Of a stretch of 64,000 bases of DNA, positions 37,546 to 48,112 are shown in pieces (position 1 is the stretch's first letter; each line of letters begins with the position of its first letter). Below the pieces are notes generated by a model. That model was not told where the DNA came from, did no database searches, and worked only from the letters and a program-made list of their open reading frames with translations. This DNA is from Eledone cirrhosa (lineage: Eukaryota): NCBI GenBank assembly GCA_964016885.1, contig OZ024742.1, positions 194,804,001 through 194,868,000 on the forward strand, written 5' to 3'. Position numbers and translations under genes: made by a program.

Positions 37546-39672
37546 TTACCGTACTTTTGGTAGAGGAGGGATGGTTTTTACATCCCTTTTCACTTGATCG
37601 TCTGGTGAAGGGACCGTTGAATCGTCCCTTCGGCTGGTCGTCGGCTCTTCTAAGAGAATGTCTGAGTATACTCTTCGATTGATGGTTCCTCCTAGGTCCC
37701 TGAAATCACCAACTGCGTTGGGGAATTTCGTTTTAATGTTTGTGTATTGTTTCTGTGCTATTTTTAGCAGTCTTATGTTAGTTGGCGTTTTGATTGGTGC
37801 TGGTATTATGTAGTCCTGTTGTGAAATGTCTGTGTGTTCAATTATGTAAGTCATTAGTTTCTTGTTGTGTGTGTTTATTGCCGTGCATTTGTTTTTCTGG
37901 GGGTGGGGTGTGGTTCTGCTATTTTCTTGTCGTTGTTGCTGGGTGTGTGTGTTTTGTTGTTGTGTTTGCGATGTTGGTGCTTGTGGTGGTGGTGTTGAAG
38001 GTGTTGTTGGCGGTGGGGTTGTCGCCGGTGGTGATGGGGGTGCTGGTGTGGGTGGTGATGGTGTTGGTGGTGTTGCTGCTGTGGGTCTCTTTGCAGTAGA
38101 CTTTACCCTTTTCTCATTTCTTTCCTCCCTTTTCAAAGGCGACGATGCGCTGCTTCTGCGTTTGTGCCTTCTTGCGACCTTTTGCCATCCCTCTCCCACC
38201 TCACACTCCATGTCTGATTCTGTAAGGTCGGGGAGGGGTACCAGCTCCACTCTTTCACTTGTTGTTGTTGGTGATGTTTGCACTGGAGTCTCTGTTGCAG
38301 CTGCATTTGGTATTGCTGTTGTTGTTGTTAATATTTCTACTGCTGCTGGTGTCTTTGATTTCCGTGGAGTGGGTATGGGTGCCACGGACCTATCGTTCCT
38401 GGTTGCCGCTTGTCCTGTTGCTGGTAGCCGTGGAGCCGGATTCGGAAGGAGGGGGGTTTTCTCCTTTCTCAGGGTCTTCTCGTTGCAGAAGGCCCTGAGG
38501 TGAGTCTTCGATCCACAGCGAAAGCATTTCGGGCGTTTGCCCTCAACACTTATGGGCAGTTGAGTGCCGTTATCGAAGTCTATCACATCCGGGATAGCTT
38601 CGATGCACTCCTGGTTGGTTTGGATTAGCATCTCAATGGAGGAGCCGACCCAATCTTCTCTTACTTTTTTCTGTACTTGCAGTACAGTTGTTTTGTCCTC
38701 GATTCCGACGAGGACAGACGCGGCCAGCCAAGAAGGGGTCATTCCGGGGGGGACGTGGGTCAGTTTGACCCTCACAATTTTTTGCCCGCAGTAGGAGGGC
38801 ACCAACACCATTTCCTCGCTCCTTAGGGTCACTACTGATTGGGCCTTTGCCTCCTGGGGTGTGGCAAAAAGTACGTCTACGGTGGCGTATTTTTTGCCTC
38901 GGGTGATGTGCGTTTTCCTCTGCCACACAGACCCCAAGGCTTTTTGTATTTGGGCCTCTGTGGCTCTTTCCACCCTACGGGATTTTGTACTTACTGTACA
39001 GTACGTGACCGTACAGTGCTCTTGGGTTTCGAAAAAATTTTTCGCTGCCTTGCAGATTGCTCGGTGTCCGTTCTTTGTCACCATCTTCTTCGCTTCCTCT
39101 AATTCCTCATTTGTTATGAGGATTGTTTCCAAGTTTTTCGCAATACCTGCAAATGAGATTGGTTTTTCTCTGCTGTTGTTGTTGTCGTCAGAGCTGCTGG
39201 TACTTTTGTTGCTGCAGGTACTACGACTACTGCCTCCGCCGCTGTTGCTGTGGTTGTTGTTGGTGTTGCTGCTGCTAATGCTGTTGTTGTTTATGCTGCT
39301 GGTGATGCTGTTGCGGCTGCTACTGTTGTTTTCATTGTCACTGTTGCTGTTGTTATTACGGCTGCTACTGCTATTATTCCTGACGTCAGACGAATGAACT
39401 GGGTTTTCGTATTTCCCGCACACCTGTTTCGTCGCTGTCGTCGTCGTCGTGGAGAAACCTTGCACGCTTTGCACGAGACTTTTCTTTTCTTTCGTCGCTT
39501 GCGAAAGAGAAGGGAGGGAGAGAGACACATTTAAAGAAGGGAGGGAGAGAGACAATCTTCTCTCTGCTGTAGTGATGATTGAGGAAGAAGAAGACGGAAT
39601 GAGTGGGAGTGACGTATGAAATTTCTTTTTGGTAGCCATGTTTTTTTGTTTAAAATGAAATTTTGGGTACAA
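37546..39672 (-). CDS. T4 ORF1: nucleic-acid-binding gag-like protein with CCHC knuckle (start uncertain, probably ATG at 39639)
   Basis: EGKRPKCFRCGSKTHLRAFC, with an Asn/Ser-rich N-terminal tract and a Pro/Thr-rich C-terminal tract. Lies upstream of ORF2. Confidence 0.85.
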   Translation of the reverse strand: MYPKFHFKQKNMATKKKFHTSLPLIPSSSSSIITTAERRLSLSLPSLNVSLSLPSLSQATKEKKSLVQSVQGFSTTTTTATKQVCGKYENPVHSSDVRNNSSSSRNNNSNSDNENNSSSRNSITSSINNNSISSSNTNNNHSNSGGGSSRSTCSNKSTSSSDDNNNSREKPISFAGIAKNLETILITNEELEEAKKMVTKNGHRAICKAAKNFFETQEHCTVTYCTVSTKSRRVERATEAQIQKALGSVWQRKTHITRGKKYATVDVLFATPQEAKAQSVVTLRSEEMVLVPSYCGQKIVRVKLTHVPPGMTPSWLAASVLVGIEDKTTVLQVQKKVREDWVGSSIEMLIQTNQECIEAIPDVIDFDNGTQLPISVEGKRPKCFRCGSKTHLRAFCNEKTLRKEKTPLLPNPAPRLPATGQAATRNDRSVAPIPTPRKSKTPAAVEILTTTTAIPNAAATETPVQTSPTTTSERVELVPLPDLTESDMECEVGEGWQKVARRHKRRSSASSPLKREERNEKRVKSTAKRPTAATPPTPSPPTPAPPSPPATTPPPTTPSTPPPQAPTSQTQQQNTHTQQQRQENSRTTPHPQKNKCTAINTHNKKLMTYIIEHTDISQQDYIIPAPIKTPTNIRLLKIAQKQYTNIKTKFPNAVGDFRDLGGTINRRVYSDILLEEPTTSRRDDSTVPSPDDQVKRDVKTIPPLPKVR

Positions 39673-39881
39673 AACCCCAATAACTGGTTATTTAACCCCG
39701 AAGGGCCAAATAACGGACAGAAAGACCCCTCTCACGAGGAGGAGGGTGTCTTTATCAACAATTTGGTTCAAGTTTTAAACAATTTACAATTGTTTTAACG
39801 GTTAAAAATTACTATACCTTACAGAGCCGAGCCTCCGTCAACCATGGCATTCAATAATAATAATAATAATAATAATAATAA

Positions 39882-40400
39882 TTCCAAATCCTTTTCACCT
39901 CCCACTTTAGGTCCTGGTATCGGTTAATTTTCTCCCTCTCCTTCTCTTGCACTCTCGTGTCGAACGGGCAGGCCACATCCACAATCAGGCACGATCTTTT
40001 TTCTGTGTCCACAACCACCAGGTCAGGTCTATTGTGTTCCAGTTTTTTGTCCGTCTGTATCCTAAAATCCCACAGCACCTTCACCTGATTGTTCTCCATC
40101 ACCGCCTCTGGCCTATGCTCATACCATTTCTCAGAATGTGGTAGATTGTTGGAACTGCCATGAAGTCAAAGTGATCCCGATTGTCATAGGCGCACTGGGG
40201 ACTATCTCCAAAAGTTTCCAGGGATGGTTAAAGAAAATCGGCCCCTTCACGCTTTTTGGAACGCTTCAAAAGGCATGCTTGCTTGGAACAGCAAGAACCC
40301 TCCGATACGTCCTGAATATCTGAGGCTGCAGGTAGTGGCTTGATATTCAATCCAACGGACTTTCCAGTTAACCAACATCAATGACTGAGATTCAAGGAAT
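39882..40400 (+). mobile_element. R4/Dong-like fragment (family R-b) with 5' inversion
   Basis: 39882-40150 is antisense (HNRPDLVVVD..VKRIWN) and 40149-40323 is sense (WNCHEVKVIP..YVLNI*). (TAA)n on both sides. Confidence 0.88.
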
Positions 40401-40409
40401 AACAATAAC

Positions 40410-40445
<36 letters not shown>

Positions 40446-43400
40446 CCCAGGGTTGGGGCGGAACCACTGGCAACAGAACAAATTAAAGAAAGGATCGAAA
40501 AAGTGGAGGGAGTGAATGCTCAAGATGAAACTCCAAATGAAAATTATGAGATCGTAAATGATAAAGAAATGAATGAGAATGAACTTGCCAACTTGAAGGA
40601 TGAAATTATGATCGAATGGATGAAAATGAAAGAATCTGACATGGAGAAACGAGACACCCTCCCTAAGATCCAGAACTCCAAACAGAACCAAAAGATAATA
40701 CACAAGAATAACATAATTCTCAAAAACATTATCATCACAAACAAACTAAACATTACTGATTTAAATCATCTCTATTATGCATCGGCTAAAGTCACCACTC
40801 ACTTATGTGGAGTGAAGATGAAAAAAAAAAGGAATTCCCACAAGAAATCTACTTGGCAAGAGAACATCAATCGCCAAATAAACCTTCTCCGATCTGACAT
40901 AGAAATTTTAACAAACTATAAAATAGGTGAACATGTTAAACAAACTAAACTTAGAAAATTGAAAAGAAAGTATAGTATAAAATCAACAAGTGACATAGAC
41001 ATGCTGATAGAAATAATCAAGCAAAAAGTGTCGGCCAAAGCTGCTCGTATAAGGCGCTTTGAAAACGATCTAGATTCTATAAGGACAATAGTATGTTCAA
41101 AAACAACCAAAGAAACTTCTACAGAAAAATTGGTAAGTCAACAATAACTGCTAAATCAATACCACCCAAGGAGGAAGCGCAAGAATTCTGGGAAAAGATC
41201 TGGGCCGAAGAAAAAGTTCATAATATACATGCCCCATGGATAGACAGACAAATGAAAGATATAGCTCACCTTGAGGAACAAATATGGGAAAACATAACAG
41301 TTGAACAGTTGCGCTTGGCTCTAAGAAAAACCAGCAAATGGAAATCCCCAGGAAAAGACAAAATACAAAATTTTTGGATAAATGCCTTCACAGAGTCTCA
41401 TGAGCTGTTAGCCCAACTTTACAATGAAATAGTTAAGGAGCCAGAAAAGATACCATCATGGCTAGTTAACGGCATTACATTCCTGCTTCCGAAGAATGAT
41501 GAGACAAACAATTCCAAAAATTACAGACCGATAACTTGCTTGACCACAATGTATAAAATGTTAACATCAGTCCTAACTGAATACACATATGACCACCTGA
41601 TAACAAATGACCTATTTCCCATTGAGCAGAAAGGGTGTAAACGAGGCTCATATGGCTGTAAGGATCAGCTTTTGGTTAACAAAATGATACTGGAAGATTG
41701 TCATAATAGACACAAAAATCTATCAATTGCTTGGATAGATTATAAAAAAGCATTCGAAAGTTTGCCACACAGTTGGATTGAAAAATGTTTAGAGATTTTC
41801 AAAATATCCCCCGTTGTCAGGAGGTTTTTGTCATTCAGTATGAAGACATGGAAAACGACACTCCTTTTGAATAGTGAAACAAAATCACTGGAAGCTGGAG
41901 AAGTTAATATTAATTGTGGAATTTTTCAGGGTGACTCTTTATCACCGCTTTTATTCTGCATCGCACTTATACCATTAAGTAAAATGCTCAATGAAACAAA
42001 ACATGGATATAGAGTCTATGACAAAACCATTAATCACTTGTTCTACATGGATGACCTGAAACTATTTGCAAAAAATGATGAACAATTGCAAGGGCTATTA
42101 TTCAGTGATGACATTAAAATGGAGTTTGGACTAGATAAATGCGCCAAAGCAACGTTCACCAGAGGAAATCTGCTGAAGAGTTCAGACATTAATCTTGATC
42201 GGGGGAACGTGATAAGAGAACTTGATCAAGAAAAAACTTACAAATATCTAGGTGTTTGTGAAGGAGACGGAATCAAGCACTCGACAATGAGGGAAAGGAT
42301 AAGGAAGGAATGTTACCGTAGAGTAAGAGCAATCTTAAGAACGGAATTGAATGCAAGGAATAGGATCGATGCCATAAACACGCTTGCCATACCAGTAGTA
42401 AACTACAGTTACAATGTCATCAACTGGTCAAGCACAGAGATCCGTAGGCTCAATACAAAAATTCGAAAATTCTTAACCATGCACAGAATGCATCACCCTA
42501 AGGCAGATATAGATAGAATATATCTCCCTAGGAAAGAAGGAGGACGTGGGTTAGTCCAGTTAGACATTGCGTTGAAAACTGCAGCAATTGGATTATCTAC
42601 ATATCTAAGGGAATCACATGATTGGATGATCAAACTCGTTTTGAAACACGAAAGCATCAAAAGATCATATTCCATTACAAAAGATGCACAAAGACACAGT
42701 AATGGACTACAAATTTCAGAAGTCCCATTTACTGCTGAAATGGAAAACACAGAAAAAGCAAAGCAGGTAAAAGTAACTGCAAAGAAAGAACTGCTACAGA
42801 AACTGGCTAAGAAATGGCAAGAAAAGCCTCTGTATGGAAAATACCCAGAACGAGCTAACAATCCTGATGTTGACAAAACTTTAACCCATCAGTGGTTGGC
42901 ATCCTCTGGACTGAAATCGGAGACTGAAGGACTGATTATATCAGCACAAGATCAGTGTCTGCCAACAAAAACTTACCAAGCCAACATAATAAAAAATGGA
43001 TGCAGCCCATTATGCCGTGTATGCAAAAAACAACCAGAGACCATTGACCATATAATTTCAATGTGCAGTCCTATAGCGCCAACCGAATACCTAAACAGGC
43101 ATGACAGAGCTGCACAATACATATATTGGATAATGTGTAAGCATTTTGACCTGCCCCATCAAAAGAATTGGTGGAAGCATCAACCACCTTCCATACTTGA
43201 AAAAGATCACATCTCAATCTTGTGGAACTTTAGCATCCAAACAGACCGAAAAATAGATGCAAATAGACCTGATATAATATTGAAGGACTTTAAAAAGAGG
43301 GTATGCCTGCTAATTTATATGTCCGTTCCAATAGACAAGAATGTATCTATAAAAACATTTGAAAAATTGAGCAAGTATAAGGACCTGGAGATAGAAATTG

Positions 43401-43725
43401 GAAAAATGTGGAAATTGAGAACTAAAACAATACCAGTGGTTGTAGGCGCTCTGGGAATGATACCTAAGGGGTCTAATGATTACTTATTGCAAATCCCAGG
43501 AAACCCGCGTATAGGAGAAATACAAAAGATTGTACTAATTGGAACTGCCCATATACTAAGGAAGATTCTGTCAATATAAGTACATCACAAGTCTAAACAC
43601 TAAAGATGCATGTGTGAGTATGTATGTTCTTTCTTGAACATGGCGGACCTTGTTGTCTCTTGAGGTCACTGGTTGTGACTTGGTGATAACTCGTATGAAC
43701 AGAAAGCAAGATAAATGCAGCTGTA
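40446..43725 (+). mobile_element. R4/Dong-like RLE non-LTR retrotransposon (family R-a), probably 5'-truncated, in (TAA)n
   Basis: ORFs 40503-41147 and 41093-43579 are separated by one frameshift. (TAA)n on both sides. Confidence 0.92.
41093..43579 (+). CDS. Reverse transcriptase, CCHC and restriction-like endonuclease (828-aa remnant of a single ORF)
   Basis: WKSPGKD, YRPITCL, IDYKKAF, GIFQGDSLSPLLF, HLFYMDDLKL, YKYLG, CRVC..HIISMC, RHD, RPDII, KYKDL. Confidence 0.9.
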   Translation: MFKNNQRNFYRKIGKSTITAKSIPPKEEAQEFWEKIWAEEKVHNIHAPWIDRQMKDIAHLEEQIWENITVEQLRLALRKTSKWKSPGKDKIQNFWINAFTESHELLAQLYNEIVKEPEKIPSWLVNGITFLLPKNDETNNSKNYRPITCLTTMYKMLTSVLTEYTYDHLITNDLFPIEQKGCKRGSYGCKDQLLVNKMILEDCHNRHKNLSIAWIDYKKAFESLPHSWIEKCLEIFKISPVVRRFLSFSMKTWKTTLLLNSETKSLEAGEVNINCGIFQGDSLSPLLFCIALIPLSKMLNETKHGYRVYDKTINHLFYMDDLKLFAKNDEQLQGLLFSDDIKMEFGLDKCAKATFTRGNLLKSSDINLDRGNVIRELDQEKTYKYLGVCEGDGIKHSTMRERIRKECYRRVRAILRTELNARNRIDAINTLAIPVVNYSYNVINWSSTEIRRLNTKIRKFLTMHRMHHPKADIDRIYLPRKEGGRGLVQLDIALKTAAIGLSTYLRESHDWMIKLVLKHESIKRSYSITKDAQRHSNGLQISEVPFTAEMENTEKAKQVKVTAKKELLQKLAKKWQEKPLYGKYPERANNPDVDKTLTHQWLASSGLKSETEGLIISAQDQCLPTKTYQANIIKNGCSPLCRVCKKQPETIDHIISMCSPIAPTEYLNRHDRAAQYIYWIMCKHFDLPHQKNWWKHQPPSILEKDHISILWNFSIQTDRKIDANRPDIILKDFKKRVCLLIYMSVPIDKNVSIKTFEKLSKYKDLEIEIGKMWKLRTKTIPVVVGALGMIPKGSNDYLLQIPGNPRIGEIQKIVLIGTAHILRKILSI

Positions 43726-43726
43726 C

Positions 43727-43756
<30 letters not shown>

Positions 43757-43757
<1 letters not shown>

Positions 43758-44827
43758 CTATTGACTATCTACAACATGTTCCACAAGAGGAGTGATATCG
43801 ATAGACTCTACTTAAGGAGACTGAAGGTGGAAGAGGTCTTATCAGCATAGAGGACTGTGTTCAGATGGAGAAAAACAATCTGCACAAATACGTGACTAAC
43901 AGTAGGGAGCCAATGCTCAGAATTGTACTGAAGGAGAGGACAATAGACAAGGGGATGTCCAAGGAGGAAATAACAACAAGGAGGAAGAACAACCTTCATG
44001 AAAAATCCCTTCATAGTACCTTATTTGAATAAAATGAATTTAGAGATCCACAGACATGGAACTGGTTGAAAAGAGGAGACCTTAAAAAGGCTACAGAAGG
44101 AATGCTTATTGCTGCGCAAGAGCAGGCCCTCAAAACGAAGTAGGTGAAACACCATATTTACAAGGAGGAGGCTAACCCACTGTGTAGGATCTGTGGAGAG
44201 AGAGAGGAGACTGTGGCTCACATTGTATCCGAGTGTAAACACCTAGCCCAGACTCACTATAAAGGCTGGAGACATGATGTGATGGGCAGGGTGATCAACT
44301 GGCACCTATGCAAAGTAAATAATTTACCACATTGTGAGAAGTGGTATGAGCATAAGCCAGAGTCGGTGATAGAAAACGATCAGGTGAAGGTACTGTGGGA
44401 TTTTAGGATACAGACGGACAAGAATCTGGAACACATTAAACCTCACCTGGTGGTTTTGGACAAGGAAAAAAGATCGTGCCTGATTGTAGATGTAGCCTGT
44501 CCATTCTACACGAGAGCGCAAGAAAAGGAGAGGGAGAAAATTAACCGATACCAGGACTTAATGTGGGAGGTAAAAAGGATTTGGAACTGCCATGAAGTCA
44601 AGGTCGTCCCGATTGTCATAGGCGCACTAGGTACTATCTCAAAGAGTTTCCAAGGATGGTTAAAGAAGATTAGTCCAGCCCCGCTTTTTGGAACACTCCA
44701 AAAGGCATGCTTCCAAGAACCCTCCGATACGTCCTGAATATCTAAGGCTGCAGGTAAGCGGCTTGATATTCATTTCAAACAATCTTTCCAGTTAAATAAC
44801 ATCAATGACTGAGACTCAAAGAATAAT
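43757..44827 (+). mobile_element. 5'-truncated, decayed R4/Dong-like element (family R-b, copy 2)
   Basis: FHKRSDIDRLYL, CRICGEREETVAHIVSEC, WRHD, LIVDVACP. The 3' UTR matches 40324-40400. Confidence 0.88.
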
Positions 44828-46727
44828 GATTTCTTTATTGGCCACAAGGGTTAACATTACAGAACAAAAACATTACAGACTGCACAGAACAGTAGAGGAC
44901 GATACAAAGGGGGTTTTGGTCGTGTAAACAGGTTATAACAAAATAGAAATCGGGATAGAAATGAAAAAAATAAAACAACAAAAATTCCTCAAAAAGGGGA
45001 AACCTCCAAGAGTCACTCGTGGCGAAAACCACACGAAACACCAAGGCCACCCTGACCACCAGGACAAGGGCCCTCTCTCAGTTTTCCACTCCTCAGTCGA
45101 CAGGCGCATACTCAGAGCGGGCCCGTTCACTCGGACAAGACACGCCACTTTCACCCACCTTTCAACAAACTTACTAGAAGACAGCACTTGCCTCAAGTGA
45201 AACTTGAAAAAGTTAATCAAGGATTGGCCGGAGAGGAAAGTGTCCGTCTTCAACCCTTTCAACCTTGTCCGCCACACATTCTCTTTCGCCATGGCCACCA
45301 GGCAGATGAAAACTGCCTGCCCTTCATCCTCTTTAAAGGAGGATGGCGAGGCTATCTGCACAATGGACTCAGTCGATAACCGGATCCATCCTACACGCGA
45401 CAGCAGCTGTTCGACATAGCTCCACAAGTCAGCAATCGTCGGGCACTGAACGAGTGCGTGCAGGACAGTTTCATCGCCCTGCGCGCATCTCGGACAGACT
45501 CGGCTGACAGTACCTCCGTCCCTGTAGAGCTTATCCCGAACCAGTAACGCTCCCCGATAGCACTGCCAGGCCAGGGATTTCTGGAAGTTGTCCATAGGCC
45601 CCGGTCTGAAGGTTCTCTCTTCCCATTCTCTGTATTTGCAGTATGGTGGTCTTCTCCTCGATTCCAGCAAGTACAGACGCGGCCAGCCAAGGTATGGGCA
45701 CGTCGGGCGGGACCTGGGTCACTTTAACCCTCACAATTTTCTGTACGCAGTAGGAGAGCACCAAGACTATCTTCTCACTTTTTAGGGTTTCCAAAGAGTG
45801 AGACTTCGCCTCTTGTTGGGGTGACGAAAACTACGTCTACTGTGGCGTACTTTTTGCCTCGAGTGATGTGGGTTTTGCGCGCCCAGACGCACCCCAAGGC
45901 CTTTTGGATTTGAGCCTCCGTGGCCCTCTCCACCCGATGTGAAATTTTGCTTACGGTGCTGTAAGTCACCGTGCGCAGCTGCTGTTCTTTGAAGAAATCG
46001 GGTGGAGATTTCATCTCCTCCTCCGTGACTAGCCCTGTCTCTATATTTCGGGCCACATCTGCGAAAGAAATGGCCCCTTTTTCACTGGCACCATTATTGC
46101 TGCCGCTACTGCTGCTACTGGTCTTGTTGTTGGTGCTGTTGCTGTTACTACTGCTACAAACGGTGTTGTTGGTGTTGTTATTATCACTGTTGTAGTTGGT
46201 TATGTTTTTGGTGCCAACGTTGTTGTTGTTTTCGGTGCAATTTCTATTGTTGCTGTTGGTGTTGTCGTTGTTTATTTTCTTAATGGTGTTAATATCGTTG
46301 TTGCATTTGTTGTCATTTTTTTATGTTGTCTGTATTTTGGTTGTCGCTGCTATTGTTGTAGTTGGTGTGGTATTTTTTTTTAAATTAGTGTTCTCAGTGT
46401 TGTCTTTGTTCACGTTGTTTGTGATGGTGTTTGTTGTATCTATTTCTGTAACCCTCCTCTCAATTTTTACGCCGTTGTCACACGACAGCAGACATATTGC
46501 TGGGGAGCGTGGCTCAGCATGTTTTTTTTTATGTTTAAAAGTAAAATGCTCAAATATTGTTGTAATATTTGGACCAAAAGGCTCAAATATTATACTTTCC
46601 CCTTCACAGGACAAAGTCGAAGGGCTTATATCTCTTACACAACAAGAAAAATTAAAGAACAAATAATTATAACAGGTAAATAAAGCGACTTACTGGGAGC
46701 GAGCAAAAAGACGTCCGAACAGACCAA
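44828..46727 (-). mobile_element. Internally deleted Tx1-like element (T5)
   Basis: 5' UTR similar to T3. ORF1 core HITRGKKYATVDV as in T4, joined at about 45615 to ORF2 RTFRPGPMDNFQKSLAWQ..ZnF. 3' end AATAAAGAAATC. Confidence 0.88.
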
Positions 46728-46729
46728 TG

Positions 46730-48112
46730 AAATAACAGTAAATATAGCCAGCAAACCAAGATTATTATATTAGAAAAGAACCAATGAGCTCTACGAAAAG
46801 TCTATTTTATGTATGGATTGTCTCCATCATACACATTTATTTGTTAACACTTGAACCACCACAAGCGAAATATACAACAGCTTGAAAATAAGCCAGAATA
46901 CTGAGAGTTTACAACCAAAACAAAGTCGAAGGGAAGAAATATATACTAATGAAGAAAGAATAAGGATGCATGTAAGTAACATGAAATTTATCAGTTGTAT
47001 TACAAGGGTTTATATTATAAAAATTGCGAAAGATTTATATAAAGGAATCATATAGATCTAGGATCTTCGTTCTTCAAATTTAAGAAAACAATTGTACGAA
47101 GACAGATCCGCGCAAAAACGTACAAATTTAGAAACTCAAAGACCGATACCTACCAAAAGTGATAACATTCTAAATGATGGGTAGGGTTTTACCCCTCAGG
47201 TACAACAAATATAATGAAAAAACATAAATGGATACATGAGGAATATGGTTCGATGTTACATGCATATTTTACGGCAACACTATACCCTAGAAATGATAAC
47301 ACAACATACAAATATGAAATCTACCAGAAAACAATCCCCACACTGATATAAACCTCGACTCCAAAAAATTTAAAGAGATACATAATAAGAATCAAACAAA
47401 ATATCAGAAATGGAAATGGAGCAGTGAAAAGAACAAATACACAATGAAAACTCAAATAACGAATATATATATATATTGAGATTTTAAAACATGAAGAAAA
47501 AACTAACATATCCAAAACAAACAAAGTTAACAACAAAATACAATAAATATCAACACTAAAAGACATAAAAAATACTAATCAATAAAAACAAATTCAAGAG
47601 AACACAACCAGAAAGAAATATGAAGAGAATATTGTACGAAAAAGAAACCATAAAGACGAAACTCAAAATCACAAGCTGGAAATAATCCAAGAACTCCAAA
47701 CAGTCGAAGATCTTCCATGGAACAAAGAATAAATATCCCAAAGATAAAATAATAATAAATTAACAACAAATATAAAGAATGCTAATCTAGCCATCATAGA
47801 GTTAATAAACACGAATAAGAACATTGGTATCACAAGGTTAAATAATATATTATATGCAGCAGACACTATTACAAAAGAAAGTGGGTACATCCTTTGATCT
47901 ATACAATCAAGAAAAAGAAACACACAAACATGGCAATAAAAGACACAAAAAGATAGTAAATGAAATAAAAGACGATTCAATAGAAAAGAAAAGAACAAAA
48001 CTAGGAACAGGAAAGAAAATAAAAATACTAAATATATATATATATAACAGAACAGAAAAGGAAATCCCGGAGACTGAAGAATGCCTAAAACAACAAATAT
48101 TTGCAATTGCAT
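46730..48112 (+). mobile_element. Highly decayed N-terminal region of an R4/Dong-like element (tentative)
   Basis: A-rich strand. At about 47830 it reads ITRLNNILYAA, resembling ITDLNHLYYAS of ORF 40503-41147. Confidence 0.4.

Larger units (their letters stand above)
33828..39852 (-). mobile_element. Full-length L1/Tx1-like element with intact ORFs (T4) inserted in (TAA)n
   Basis: Uninterrupted ORF1 and ORF2. The 3' end reads AATAAAGAAATC then (ATT)n, and the 5' end abuts (TAA)n. Confidence 0.95.

Noticed and set aside
37794-39534. Hydrophobic, membrane-like + strand ORFs (also 5904-6587, 30658-32614, 45971-46666)
   Set aside because: Antisense shadows of the AC-rich low-complexity ORF1 regions.
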